Below are positions 1-15,400 of a stretch of DNA of 64,000 bases, piece after piece; within the stretch, counting starts at the first letter, position 1, and every line of letters begins with the position of its first letter. Source of the DNA: Auanema rhodensis. Lineage: Eukaryota > Animalia > Nematoda. Location of the stretch: the NCBI GenBank assembly GCA_964057225.1, contig OZ059897.1, forward strand, positions 8,742,001 to 8,806,000, written 5' to 3'. The position numbers were made by a program, and so were the translations under genes. The notes under the pieces were generated by a model that searched no databases, had not been told where the DNA came from, and worked only from the letters and a program-made list of their open reading frames with translations.

Positions 1-10
1 GAACGAGCAA

Positions 11-23
11 GAGAGATAGAGAT

Positions 24-69
<46 letters not shown>
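11..69. repeat. (GA)n microsatellite
   Basis: Imperfect GA tandem array. Confidence 0.9.
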
Positions 70-188
70 CAATAGCCAAAAATTGGTTTTTTTAGTTTGC
101 AATAGCTTGACATGTGTCTATCTTGATCTTACTGATATTGTATATCGATATATAGATGTATGCATAGTATACAAAGCTATACATAAGT

Positions 189-222
<34 letters not shown>

Positions 223-235
223 ACTATATAACATA

Positions 236-265
<30 letters not shown>
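189..265. repeat. (TA)n microsatellite
   Basis: Interrupted TA array. Confidence 0.85.
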
Positions 266-266
<1 letters not shown>

Positions 267-3214
267 TATGCGCTCAAATCAAATACAAATAAGAAAAATA
301 CTAAAAAAGACTTGGAGTGAATTGATAGTGAAATCTTAAGAAAGCAACAAGACCAGACACGCAAGCTGGAAAAAATGTTTGGCAGGAAAGGGGAAAGGCA
401 TAGGAAAAAGAACAACTAACGACAAAGAGACAGGAAGAATGAGATGAAATACTGAGTATGGCAGCCAAGCTTTATCAGATTTTGCCGGTTACGCACTTAG
501 CTTCAACAGAAGGAATTTGATAAAATGTAGAAATTAATCAGAAAATGCAGTTCGTCTATCTAATTGGTTTCTTGATTCCACGAACTTATCTTGTTCTCGA
601 AGCAAGCATGTAAAAATTTGAAATTCAAATAAGAAGGGAGACAGAGAAGTAACTTAGGACCTGATGGTACTTGTATGAAATTCATTTACTGTACGTGTTT
701 CATAAGCCTATTACAGGGTTAGCGGAGGGATGAGGGTTGTGAGGTTGCAGCACGTATAGCATAAGCAATGTTGTTTCATTTCTTTCCAAATGCAGCAATC
801 AATCTTTCAGAATATGGTGATATGATCTCTTTTGGAATAATCTCTGCCATGATTGTCGGATAAAGGTATTATTGGTTGAAGTACACAAGCTTGGAAGTCA
901 AAAAGTTGAAAAACACATCGGGCGTTGTTTCGTTTTCAGGGTAACATGATTGGTCTAATTGTTGTGAATAATGAAGATTCTATGTGAAGAGAGCATTTTT
1001 TCCTTTTTGGCAAAAAGAGATAGCTCTAGTCAAGTAGATGACGTCATTGGTTGATGCAGCAACCGACAAAGCGAATCAACTTCACCAGATAGGCAATGTA
1101 GAGGAGGAAAACGAGGAGAAAGAGAACAAGAGAAGAGAAAGAAGAAAAGGAAAAGAGAGAGAGAGAGTTTAGTGAGTGTATGTCTGAGCCTGACATTTGG
1201 AGGAAGAGGGACAACGACTACATCGCTGAATAATTCTCTGACGGTGGCCGAAATTCTACAACTATTCAGTTGGTAATGTAGAGTGTGAAAATTTGATTGA
1301 AGTGAAGGGATAAGATAATGCGTAAGGACGAATGTGATGTGGTAAAGATGGACAGAGCAAGGGAAGCAAGCTTGTGCATCGACAGATAGAAGATAGAAGG
1401 CTAGTGATCATATGATTATGAAAACTGATACTTGAAGGTACTGAAAGTTAAAGAAATTGAATGGTCATTGAACCTTTAAGCAACGTTTTAGAAATGAGGA
1501 AGAAGGTCGTGAAACGGAAGTGGAGCAGAATGAAGAAGAAGGTGAAAATGAAGAGAGTCGCAAAGTCTAACAGAAGGACGAGTAGAGATGAGAGAAAATT
1601 TGTTAGAAATGAGAATGAATAACAGGAATGCATCAGCTACATATGAATTCTCGAATGAGAAACTAAGTCAAGCCATTCGAGGTAAAGAAGATAGGACACT
1701 GGCATTCGCATATACAAGTGCGAAATGAACAAACTGGAAAAGAAAGAACATTCACACATTATCTTCATTTTTTCTTTTTTTCACCCTCTTCGTTTCCTTT
1801 TCTTTTATATAGGAGTATGAGTAACCATGAGTCACAGAAAAAGTAAAGCTCATCATTAAAAGGAAAGCGATAGTTACGATGATTGAGAAGTCGGTTAGTG
1901 AGTTGAAGCTCAAGCTGCAAGCCCAATAGAACTTTTACAGAAAACATAGGGGAAAGCAAAGCGAAGGGAACAAAGAAAATCTTTATTCTCAGTGCGTATA
2001 CCGGCAAGCTCAACATCTTCGGTGCAGTTGCAAAAAAGCTGGCTGGCCTGCTTTTCAATAATTTTTTGCTTTTTTTTTTCCTTCAAAATACAAGAATAAC
2101 ATTAAAATCTTGAGCAAGCGCCTAACAGCTAATGAAAAATTCGGAATTTTTGCTGCTGACCCATAAAACAAAGCGGAATAATGGTTAGCAATTGAGAAAA
2201 TTCTCGAAAAAAGTAAACAATTTTTCCTATTTCTCAGGCAAAATAAAGTCTTCCGGATTCAAACGATGTGGCAACCGTGCTATAGATACTAATGATGGTG
2301 TCGGGATGATGCTGTGATGTTGAGCATGACAGACGACAAGATACATCGACAGCCAGGACTATACATGGATGATGTGAAGATTATTCAAGCTTCATTAACT
2401 TCAGAACATAGAAAACTAACAATTTCTAGTTTTCCAGATAGAAAGTCAGCTTCGATATCGTCGTTGGGGCGTCTTCAGCTTAGCTGTTAGCACGGCAGTG
2501 CCGACAATTAAATGCAAAAAGCCGACTACTGCGATGAATTGAAAGAGAAGAGAACAAGTAAAAAAGGGTGTTCAGTAGTAAGGGAGGGGTGGGAGGAAAC
2601 AGAGAGTGGCAAATGAAAAAGCATGAAAAGGAGAGAGAGATAAAGAGAGAAAGAGAGACACAGAGAGACATAGAGAGAGAGAGAGAGAGAGAGAGAGAAT
2701 CGAGTATAACAAAAATTTTAAGAGGAAATAAAAAAATAACATGAATAAGTGCAGCAATGATAGATGTTGACAACAAAACAGTTAGAAATTGGTGTTGATG
2801 AAGTTCAAGGAAATGCAAAAATTGCCTGATTATTGGCAACAAGCTGTAGCAATATGATTCAACATACATTCATGTTTTTGTCTTTATAATCTCAACGCTT
2901 TTGGTTGCTCAATGATGTACAGGTTTAAGCCATCATTTAGCAATTTATTGAAGAGAAGAAGAAAATAGAGACAAACTAAGTTCTATTTCCGACTTCAATT
3001 TAATGCTGAATCAAAGACAAAAAAAGTAATAGACGACAAGCCATGCTTAGCTGTCAGAATCAATTGTAAATGAATACAAAGCTAAATTCAGATGTACATT
3101 TCTATATTTTATGCAATATACCATCATGATTGCTGTAAGCGCATTGAATCTGACAGCTTAATAGAGATGCTTGCATTGTCAGCACTATGAAAATATGAAA
3201 CCTATCTTACTTAC

Positions 3215-3974
3215 CTTAAAATAATGCGAAGTACAGGCTTTAGTTGTTTGATCACACTGGAAGATCAGCTCACGCAGCTTCTCAATAATCCGTTCCTGAA
3301 GCGAAAAAATATATACACATCTGATCAAAATGCAGAAAAAAAGGAGAAAAGACAAGAAAAAAATAGTTTAATCAAATGGATAAGAAAGGAATTTCATCCG
3401 GATACGCTTTTTTTTGTTACTTATTTCTTGTTTAAGCACAAAAAAATGAAGAAAATCATGCCACAGCCTTGCAGCCGGTAGAGAAAAAGGGAGAGAGACG
3501 AACAAAGACGACGAAGACACAGCCGAGAGAGATGAGAAGAAGCTGCTGTTGGTGACAGAATGAGGTGGTAAACTGGGTTGGATGAATAACAGATGAGTAG
3601 CAGGAACTGCTATCTGAATGCTTGCTGGATGGACCGGCTGCTGCTTATCCTGCCCTGACATGGCTAAGATCACCTTCATCACCATTTTTTCGGCCGACAG
3701 CATGTTGAAATAATCACAAAGCAAAAGAAAGAATAGTTATTAACTTCAATTCATTCATTGATGAATATGATATAGAAAGCTAGGATGCAAGTCATATGAA
3801 GCATGTCATTATGAATTTTCGAGAATTTCCGCCCCAAGTTTGATGTTTCTCATGCTCAAGCTAAGGGTGTCAACTCATCAAACATGAATGAATTCCAAAT
3901 TATGGAAACAAATATAACCATCATTACTATATCTCTTTTCTTTTTTTATTCACAGAAAGAGATAGAGAGAAAGA

Positions 3975-4013
<39 letters not shown>

Positions 4014-6486
4014 TCATCTGAGAAAAAGAGAAAACTTGTTGAAGAATTGATAGCGAAAAGAAAATTTTTTTATGAAAACGAAGAGTATAACATAAGGATG
4101 AGAGGGTAATCTTCTTTTTATGTATAACCCAAGCCTTCATCATCAATCAATTCACCTTTTTTATGACAAAAAAAAGAAATTATAACTTCAGTATTGTAAT
4201 TCATATTGTATTCGTAGATGAACTAGTTGATATAGATAGGATTGAACTGAAAAGCATTGCCTTTAGCAAAACAGAACAATCTGGAAAGCGAGAGTGAGAA
4301 AGATTACAAGAGAGACGGCAACGACAAGCACGAGTGGTAAATGAGACTAAATTGTTGGCCAGAAAAAAAGAAAGAAAAAATGAAAAAAGAAAGAAAGAAA
4401 ACGAAAAGTCTTTTTTTCTATGTGTTGTGTCATCTCAAGCATTTTTCTTATTTTTTGTTCTTCTTTTCTGACTGTACCTTCACAACTTTCATTCTTAATT
4501 TCATCTCATGGATCTTATATCCACAACAAGCTTTCTAGATTTCTCTTTATTCGTTGTTATAGTAGAAGGTGCTCTAAAACGTGAGAGAGAAAGAGGAATA
4601 CACATCATCTGATGACAACAGGACAGCATGGCACAAGCAACCAGCCGCTTTTCAGCACGGCGGAATATACATCAAGCCGATCGGCTGCTTGTCTGTTAGA
4701 TTTGTGCCGATAGATGCTACTAAAGGAGATGAAGCACAGAATCGTAAAGAGAGAAGAAAAAAAAAGTATTTTTCCCACTGCCAACAACGGAAAGTCAAGG
4801 AATAGAAAAAGATGTGAAAGAGTCAGAATGATGACGGCAGCGTCATATTTGGCGGATCTGACGCTCTTAACTCAAAAGTTGTCAGTTGCTCTTGTTGTGT
4901 CAAACGAAGAAAAAGAAAACACACACCAAACCAGAATATGCTCAACGAATACAAGACATTTCGGCATAGCTGATGCAGAGAAAATGCTGGTCCTTAAAAG
5001 CTGTGGGCCGAGTTTTGATGCCAAACTCAATATAGCAGCTCTTTTCATCTGGACGTCTCCATTGCTCTGGAACATATGGACTGCATAACCCTGGCGCCAC
5101 GGCATCTTCGCTTGTAGTTGACGTCTATTTGAGAGTGGAGCTAATCAACTTAAGGAAGTTTTGACTGTTGCAAGCATGTCATTCTTTTTGCTTGTCATTC
5201 GGTGTATTTCTGGCAGTATGCGCCGTACATACACGTCGAGACGATTTACTCTGTCTGTGTATATTCAAAGCAATTTTTGATCTTATTTGAAACAGAACAG
5301 AACAAGAGAAGAGAAAGAGAGAAAAAAACAAAAGATATTCAGATTCTAACAACGTTGTCAACGTTTTCATCTTCACCACAGAAGGCTTCTTACTGCCAAA
5401 TACCATGACGCTAACTCCCTTCAATTCTTCCTTTCTTCTCGTTTGCGAGTAGTCTCTTCTTTGTGCCTCGATCAAACATAAACCGCACGAAGTTCACATG
5501 AAGCAATGACTAAGCGTTGGCCAAATTACCATTTTATTCGTCGCAACTATGTTAGTGACATCAAGAAAACTCAGTTCTTGACAAAATAAATTTGTGTAGT
5601 ACATATGAGCATTGAGCAATATGTGCCAAACAGCAAGGTAGCACAGCCGATGAGCAAAAGTTACTTCGGCTGTTTAGGCTGTTTAGAAGTTTAATGTGGC
5701 CTATATTTCTTGCACAGGAAAAAAAAATTGAGATTTTCAATTCAGGCGTTATTGCTTACTCAATTCAAAAAATAAAAAAAATATCGGTTTCAAGGAGGGG
5801 GGGAAGGAGAAAAGTAGAAGCAGAAGGCAAAGAAAAGCTATATAGCGAAAATGAAATGGAACATGGAAATAGACGACAACAAAAGGAAATATAGAAGTCT
5901 CCCTTCAGATTTATCTTTTTTTCTCTTTCTCTCTCTTTTCTACTCTTTCTCTTTCCTTTTTATATAGTAATTATACAGATTTTTCGTTTCGAAAGATAAA
6001 AAAAAACACAAAGAAAATAGAAAGTTCATGAGGACATTCTTGAAACAGGAATACAAGGTACAGCAGACTATTCTAAACTTGAAATTATCCTGCAACTTTC
6101 ACCTCCGTCTTGTCCTCATCTGTCTCTGCTCACACAACATGATGTAAAAGAGACTGTGCCAATCTTCACATGATTATTCATGATTTGCTAATCCGACTGG
6201 ACACCAAAATTTGGAGTATAATCATGTTTTTTTCAGGATAGCAATCAAGTTTCACGAGGTACGATTATCCTCTGCTTCAGACTTCCTCTTTTACAATTTC
6301 TGCCATTTTTCATCTGTTTGTTTACTATGAAACATATATGTTTTTTACTTTTTTCGCTAAGTTATGCATCTACATGTATTAGTGTATGACCAAGCGGTTT
6401 TTGCACCCTACTCTTTTCTAACCTTCTCACATTTCCATTTTCTATTGAGAGGGTTTTTTCATACTCTCTATCTCCTACTCTTTCTT

Positions 6487-6548
<62 letters not shown>

Positions 6549-7427
6549 GCTTCTTCCGGTTCCTTGACGTTTTCATCTCTTTTACTTGTACCAATTCAAA
6601 TCAAAGAAAAGCAACAAAAAAAGAAAAGAAAAAGAAAAGATTAATTCAAATACTATTGATGGTATAGTAGATGGAGGGAGTGAATGAATGAGTATAATCA
6701 ATAGAATAGGAAAAACGTGGTCTAAGATAATTACCTTGGTCATGTCCATTTCTTTTCGTTTTCGTCGAAGTTCCGATGCCAATATAGCCATTTGTTTCTC
6801 AGCTTCTTCACGCTAGAAGTAATTCAATAATTCAATATACATATCAATAAAAATATTAAATATTACCTTAGTTATAGCATCTTCTTCTACACGCTTCTTT
6901 TTTTCCATCTCACGTCGACGGCGTATCATATCAGTCGTTGTGACACCAATAGATTCTGTACGCATACACTGTTCTCGAGCTTTTCGTACGTTTTCTTCTC
7001 GAATTTTCAAATTACTGCGACTTTTCTCAAAAGCTTCTTCACAATCGTGCTGAAGTAATATACAATTCCATAACATTTCTTTACTTTTCGATTGAGAACA
7101 GTAGTACTAAGTACTACAGTACCACAATCATTCTCAACTTACCACTATTTTCGTAATTTTTGCCCATTCAGATTTCAGATTACTTCGAACAAGTTCATGT
7201 TCTTTCCGGCGAGTTTCTAATGCCTTAAAATAATAAATAATATATAATTATATATCATATATCATCAATATAATAAAAAATTTTATTTTCTAACCTCAAC
7301 CACACGATCCTTTAATACATCTACAGTTTCTCGTGTTCGAGCCATGAGGCTAGTATCACAATCAAAGCTATCTTCCCATACTTCTCGTAAGCCGAGCCAT
7401 GGCTAAAACAAAACAAAACAAAAATAA

Positions 7428-7493
<66 letters not shown>

Positions 7494-8831
7494 CTATATG
7501 AATAGAATTTATAGTTAAAAAATAGAAAAAAATCTATTATCTCATCTAAATAAAATAACAAACCCGAAAAAAAAAACTGTTTTTCTAAGCTTTTATTCTT
7601 TTTCTTTTTAATTTCATTTATTGTTTTTCATTTCATCAACCGCACTGTAAACTGTGACTGCTTATATGAAATAACGACAGAAATAGTTTTACGTGAAATT
7701 CACGTGAACTTTGCTCATCATATTAGCATATAATTTATTATATGCTAATGAAATAAAATATCATAAATATTATATGATATATATATTTTTTTCTTTAAAT
7801 TTTTAATAATAAATATTATTATTTACTTATATAAATATTAAAGAAATAAACATTTTGTATATTACCTTTCCAATATCACGTCGACTTGTTTCAACCAGTG
7901 AATAAACACGTCGAGCATGATCCTGCTCTAGTTGCAAACGTGCACGTATATATGCTAACAAATCTTTACAATACCTATAACATATAATCATAAATATTAA
8001 TACTATATATAATATAGTTAACTAAAAGTAATGATATTCTTTGAAAAAAAAATTCAAATAAACTCACGTGCTCCAAGCCTTAGTTCGTTCGAAGGCGATA
8101 TCGAGGCCATCTTCTCTTGAGATCAAAAGTTTGTCAATATCCATTATATGGACTGACGATTGCACATGTACGTCATCTGAATGAATCCGAAAATCATATT
8201 ATCGAAGCCATAAAGATAAGATTTTTACATAAAACAGTATAATATACATATAAATAAATATTTTTCATCTTTTAACTATATGCTATTTATTTTAGATTGT
8301 GTCAAACATCTTCCTTTCCTTCCTCTTCTTTCTAACTTTTTTTTATTCATTTTTCATTCAGGATATTTTTCAATTTTCAAGAAATCAAACATTAAAGTAT
8401 TAAATGAATAAACATAAAATAAATATAAATTTAGAAATACAAATCAAGTATAATATAATAAATATATATTATTTAATATATAATATTATATATAATTTAA
8501 AAATAAATCATAAAACTACAACAGCTAAAATACAAAAACTTAATTTAATTTATATTTAAATATTTTAATTATAACATACCATTTCCATCATTATCTGTAT
8601 GATAGGCTGAATGACGTCGTTGAAGAGTTTTCGATTTAGCAGAATATGCTTCAGATGATGACTGAAATATATAAGAATATAGGTATATCTAATAGAAATT
8701 CTTAAATGCTGTATCTTTTCTATGATAAAAATATAAATATTCTTTCAGATATAAATATATATTATATCGTTGATCTTATAGTATATAGTTTGTTTCTTGA
8801 TCTCTTAGCTAAATGCTCATTCTCTCTCTCG

Positions 8832-8885
<54 letters not shown>

Positions 8886-11800
8886 GTGGCCCTCTCTATA
8901 TTTTATCTTCTTTATTTCTTTTAAAATTTTTATTTCATTTCATATATCTACATATTACTAAAACCATATGCTTGTTATTGGCTATAATACAAAAAGGAAG
9001 AAAGAGATGAAGAAAAAACGACAAATGAAAGTGCCGTCTGCTATCTTTCTGTTCTGAAATCACACATTGAAGTTGTGATTGAATCAGCTTTTAACTTTTC
9101 TCGGGAAAAATAGAATATTTTTGAAAGAAAAAGAAGAAGACAAAATGCCTTTTCTTTTCCTTTTTCATAGAGTATTTTTAACATATTCTGAAGTGAGCTT
9201 TTCCTAAATTTCAGTTTCAAGTTGTCTTTGACCTCAATATGGTTCTTGTCTTTTCTTTAGTCACAATGATTTCAAATGAAGTTCATCAAGTAATGAGTAA
9301 AATCATAGGAATACAAATGAATGTTGTCTTTGCTCTCCCCCTCCCTTCTCTCCCCCTTTCTCTCTCTATCTTTTTCCTTCTGTCTTTTTATGTTTATATC
9401 TGCTACGTGCTATTTTGGAAGATCTTTAGGCTAAAACATCAGTAAAACTCTATATACAGTGGATATTTAAGATTATTATGTCAGTAAAACGAAAGATATT
9501 AGATTTGTGATCACTCAAAATAGAATTTAGAGTAATCGGATGAATATGTATATGAGATCAAAGAAAACATTGATATACTTTACATCTCAACTTCAAATAT
9601 TCATCTTTCTAATGTAAAACATCTAAACAAAGTTAAAGCAAATGTTGAAATGATAATGTTTTAGATGAATTTTCTTACGAAATTGAAGAAAAATTAGAAT
9701 AATTTGATGATGTCAATGACTTACAAAGGATGACCATCTTTGTCGAACTTTACGTAGTCGTCTTACAGCTGCCATTGTGGCATCAACTGACTTCTATGAA
9801 TTGAATGAAACATATGAGAAGAAAAATAATCAAATGTTATATAGATGAAATATATTTAACTATACTATATAATATATAAAGAATAGTTTGAGTAAATTAT
9901 TGTTCATCAAGATATGGAAAAGAATAAAATAAAAAAAAAGAATGAAAGGAAAAAAGGATGAAAAATACGTTTGAAGCTTTGCTGTAGCACACGTAATCAG
10001 GAAATCAGCAGGTAGAAAACAACATACACATGTGGTGTTTCAATAATTTGTTTCCTCACAAGCTCATGATGGATATGAAGATACATGTACATCTTTCTCT
10101 CTCAGTATATCGAAATATGTACTGACAACACATCCATGATTATATAGAAAAATATAATTTGTTTAATCAAAAAAGAAAATAGAAAATTCAAAATGACAAT
10201 TATGTTAAAATATTGTATTTTAACATAAGATGTTGCTTATATATGTGAATGAAAATGAAGAAGAAAACATAAAATACAAAATAAATAAAGATAACCGATA
10301 TAGTAAGCCTTGATTTGCTGGAGAAGTAATGACTTTTCATTCATATTTTCTTTTTTCCTCCTTTTTCTACTTCAATAATATTGGCTTGCAAATGAGGAAG
10401 TTAAGTAAATGAATCTAAAAAAACGAACACAAAGTATTATAAGAGACATTGAAGTGGAAAAGGATGAATAGATGAATGAGACAAAAGTACTAATACATCT
10501 TTCTTAAGCTTTTTTTTTATTAAACTTCAACAAATCAACATGATTATATTTTATAAACTTATATAGTATAGTATATAATAAACTATATTATAATTATTAT
10601 TAAATATGAACTCAAATATAATCTATTCTTAACATTTTATTATCGTTAAAGGAATAAATATGATGAATGAAGCACATGTATGATCTATGATATTTAGATT
10701 AAGTGCTAGAGGAAGCTTTAAGAAGAGCTTCCTTGATAAATCATGCTTTTCTCTATTTTTATTCATCTATTTTTTAATCATTTTCAACATACAAATATGA
10801 AAAAGAATCAGAAAAAAATAGAATACAAGCAGTTATACCTGGATATATACTAAGAAAATACAAAAATGAACCATTTTTCTAACAAAAAAGGGAAGAAAAA
10901 ATTTGAAAAATCTACAAACATTGACATAAAAGTTTGACCAAATTCGCGACTTTCTGCGTTTTTTTGTCAAATTTTTGTAACGCCTTTTTTGTTTCTATCA
11001 TTAATGATTATAATGTCCTTTATTATTTGCATCTATCCCATTTCTTGGGGGGAAACATCAGATGTTGCCTGAACGGCGTTGTCGTGTTCGTTCACGTTGT
11101 CTCGTATCCATCCAACCCCCCCCCCCCATCGTCATCACAAGCGACTACCACACATGGTAACCTATTACATTAATATATGTGGACATTCATCAGAATGTCC
11201 ACATATAGTTGGGTCAATTCAAAATGTGAACATTAATTCCGAATATGGCCATTGTTGATATATCTGAATCATCTCATCAATTTATCTCAAAATGTCGTTT
11301 TTTTTTGAACAAAAAATTCTTTAAGATCCTCATAATTCTATCTCTTTCTCTCACATTTTTTTGCGTTTTTCTTCATTAGATAAAGATATTATTTGGTTAA
11401 TGGGCGTTCAATTCAAGAAGATGATAGCTACATGAAACAACAGCAAAAAAAGGACAAAAAATATTTTCAACATTTGAAGAGAAAATCTTAAGAGGTCAGA
11501 TACATCAGATGATACATAGATGTCTTTTATTTTTAATAATGTTTGTGAAAATATATAAAAATAAAATTTAAAAAAAGAAATAAAAGAATAGAATATAGAA
11601 AGAGAAAATAGAAAAGAATTGCAAGAAAAATGTATGAAACAACTAATCAGTCTTTCAATTGAATGATTACAATTTGAAAAAAAAAAGCTTTAATAGGTTT
11701 GACTGAAAAGAGTAGAGATATGGATATATAAATCACATAGTTGCATATGAATATACGGCCATTCTCCATATATTTTGAAGTAGATTAAATATTTCTTCAG

Positions 11801-12409
11801 CTTTTACTTAAAATAATACGAAGAATGACAAAAACATTGCCTTAGGCATATTGAACTCTTGCTTGTCAGTATCAGTTCAATGAAATTGACATGAACATTA
11901 GTTTTTAGTTTGATGAATAAAAAGATATTTAAAAATTATACGAATGAAACTTCTAACATAGTATAGAAGATGATTTGCTTGCGATCATTATGATGAGCAT
12001 GATGTTGATGAAAAACAGAAACGACGAGATGATGTTGATGGCATGAGAGAGTTGTAATATACTTGGAAATCTTTCAGGTTTGAGTCTCAGAGTACTTTGC
12101 CAAACGAGAATAGCCTAGCCATTATTATAAATGTGAAATATTATATTTTATTGTTGATTTTGATACTTTTTTTTTGTATTTTTCCTTTTTAATTTAATAG
12201 AAATTGTAGAAATTATGACCCTTTCTTGGATATCAATATCACATATCTTTCATATGTCTCGGACGTTTTTTTTCCATTTTGGAAAAAAAGACTGAAATGC
12301 CCCCCAAATACCACAGAACCCAACCCGATAGTTTCAACCTATCACTTTCTTTCTCTCTTTCTCTTCTTCTTTCTTTCTTTCTACCTTTTAACTTTTCTCG
12401 ATCTCTCGT

Positions 12410-12448
<39 letters not shown>

Positions 12449-15400
12449 ATAAGTTCTACCTAAGGATCAGAACCTTCTTACAATCCTCGAAATAGAAAAG
12501 AACATCGAACAGATGAAAGACAAACCTGTTTTTGTCGCCTTCCAACAGTAGAAAATCGCGACGATTGTGGAGATATCACGTGTCGATTACTGAAATTATT
12601 TTATTTTTAAATAAGTTTTTATTATACTTAAATTAAAAATATTTTTATTTATTTAATTATTATTTGAAATAAAATAAGAAAAATTCATTTATTTGCAGAT
12701 TTATTTCTAGAAAGTCATTGTATATTGACGTTTATATTTAGGAAAAGTACAAAGTATGTGTCTTGCAACAAGTGCTCGGCCTAATCTTCAATGAAATTTT
12801 GATTCAATCGAAAAACAAATTTGCATAAACTTATTTTCTATAAAAAAAAATGAAAATCAAGAAACTTATTTCATCGAATAAAAGTTTAAATGTTGTTTAA
12901 TATCATGAAGTTCTTACCTAACTTTAATATTAAAAACAGCATATGATACTTGATATTCAAACATTTTCGTAAAATATTATATATAATAATTAATAATATT
13001 ATTATAATATTAAATAGTAAAATTAATTTTTTTTGAGAGGGGGGGGGGGGGGGGGGGTTTACATATGAGAAATCAAACATAGACTTCCTTATCAGTGCTG
13101 CGATGTTAAAAAAAGGTTTAAATCAGTTTAATGCGAAGATAATCCATTCAATCAGATCAGGATTCAGTTATCGTGCATAAGCTTAGATATTCGTCACAAG
13201 CAAATGAATGACTGATGTGCATATTAACATCTCTAACCCAACTAAAGAGCCAAAACCATTGCACAATAAGCTTTTTCTTCAAATTTTTTTTGTTCCTCTT
13301 TCTCCCTCTCTTCTCTTTTTGTTGTTTTCTAAATTATTACTTCCTGATCAATTGAACTGGATCATTATGATAACTTTCATCTTTCATCTCAGAAATGAAT
13401 AGCATGATTGTTATTTTAAAGATTTTTCGTATTATTTTTTTTTTCAAACAAAAGCTGATTAACCCGTTGTGATGACACTGCCACTTTCAAATAAGGTAAC
13501 GATACCTTCAGCTTCTTTCAAGGATGTAGCTATCCGGAAGAAATGGAGTGAGAGATAAAATGAGAAGAGAGAGAGAGAGAGATGGTTGCTTACTTAAGAA
13601 ATAGCAGAATCATATTATCAACGTGGATAATTTCATTGCAAAAAAACGTGCTGATTTGCACGTCATTTTTGATTGTTTGCATTGAAAACGATCTAAAGAT
13701 GAAAAGAAATCATTTCATACCTAACTATGCATACATATATTTATAAATTTATAAATTAAATGTAATTGATTTAGGCTCAAATGAGATTTACCATACATTC
13801 ATCACGTCATACACGTACATATGTATCAATTGAATTCATATATCTTCATTCTTAACAATATCATCAAGATAGTTAGCTTCTGAATAATGAAGAAGCATTT
13901 TGAGAAAGAGTCAGTAGATAGACAGATGAAGCTTATAAGGATTTTCATGTCAATATGTACTTTAAGTTACTCCTAAACTTAACTTCTTCTACACGAAAAG
14001 TTGGATAAAAAATTTGTTTTAAGCATATGAAATATATTCACATACATACATACATATGTGAATATATTTAAAATTTTAATAGAATATATTCAATAGAATA
14101 ATGAATATTTTAAAGAAATTATTATAACTTACATTATGGTATTCAATACTGCTGATTCTAATTGATCTATGATTTGATGAACATGCGTTGTATCCACAAG
14201 TGAACTATCAAATTTTAAATCTGTAATCAATTATTGTTAATTTATACAATTATATAATATATATATATATAATTTTTAGAATATTACAATTGCTCTCAAG
14301 ATTTGAATTTTAAAAAATGAAGCCGAACGACGTGGAAAAGATGTTCAAGCCCACGTGAACTTGCGTGAAAAAGACGTGAGCATATGAATAGGCCAGAAAA
14401 CCATACACATATACTACATTTTTATTTTAATATTATAGTTAATTTAAAACTATATGAAAAGATAAATGAAATGAAAGAATATTGTATATTAATAGAAGCT
14501 AAATGGATGTTTTATTTTGCACAGAAATGAAACAGGGTCGGCAGAAAAAAAGATAAAATGCAAGTGGCATTTACAATAATTTTTCGGAGAATACATAACT
14601 ATTTGTTTCCTTCAAGCAACTTTTGAACAAGAAAAAAAGAAAAAATGAAAAGGTTCTCTATCTCAAATACTTGTTGTACGTAAAGAAATATCTATGAAAA
14701 TGAATTGAGGCGATACGAAAGAAGCTCTGCATACGAAACGACGATTTTTGTTTTGTTGCAAAATAAGATATTCAAACAAATTGACTGATGGTAAAGGCTA
14801 AATGTGCACAAGATTTTCATGTTGTGTCCCGCGAGCATATTCGTGTTGAAAAATGGAAGTTGAAGAATCCGTATAAACAATTCATAAAACAGCTGAACAA
14901 TATGTTCTATGTTGAGTTGAGCCAAAGAAACATTTGAAATTTTCAGAGATAGTGTATAGTTAAGTTCAAAAAGAATCATTTGAATGTAGAGTGAATGTAT
15001 AATTATTTTATTTCAAAATTATAATAAAGATATAGATTGAAACAAGATTAAACATTAGTAAATTGACTTACCTTTAACAGATTGTACAAGCTGCAAGCTT
15101 GGCAGGATTACTTGATTAGTCTTGAACTGTGAATACTTGAATAGATCTCTCATGGATTCAGAAACCATTTCTAGGGCTGCGTGTACAGAAACACACATTG
15201 ATTCTCCATCTAAAAAATTAAATGCGATTCATTTCTTTCATTAATTATTAAAATATACATTAATATATCTGTTATTTGAATTTTTATCTTATATTCAGGA
15301 AAAATATATAAACATTTCTTTTTTTTATTAAATTTCATTGAATGTTTTGAGTAAAATAAAACAAAAATACATTTTTTACTTCTTGCACTATACTTAGAAG

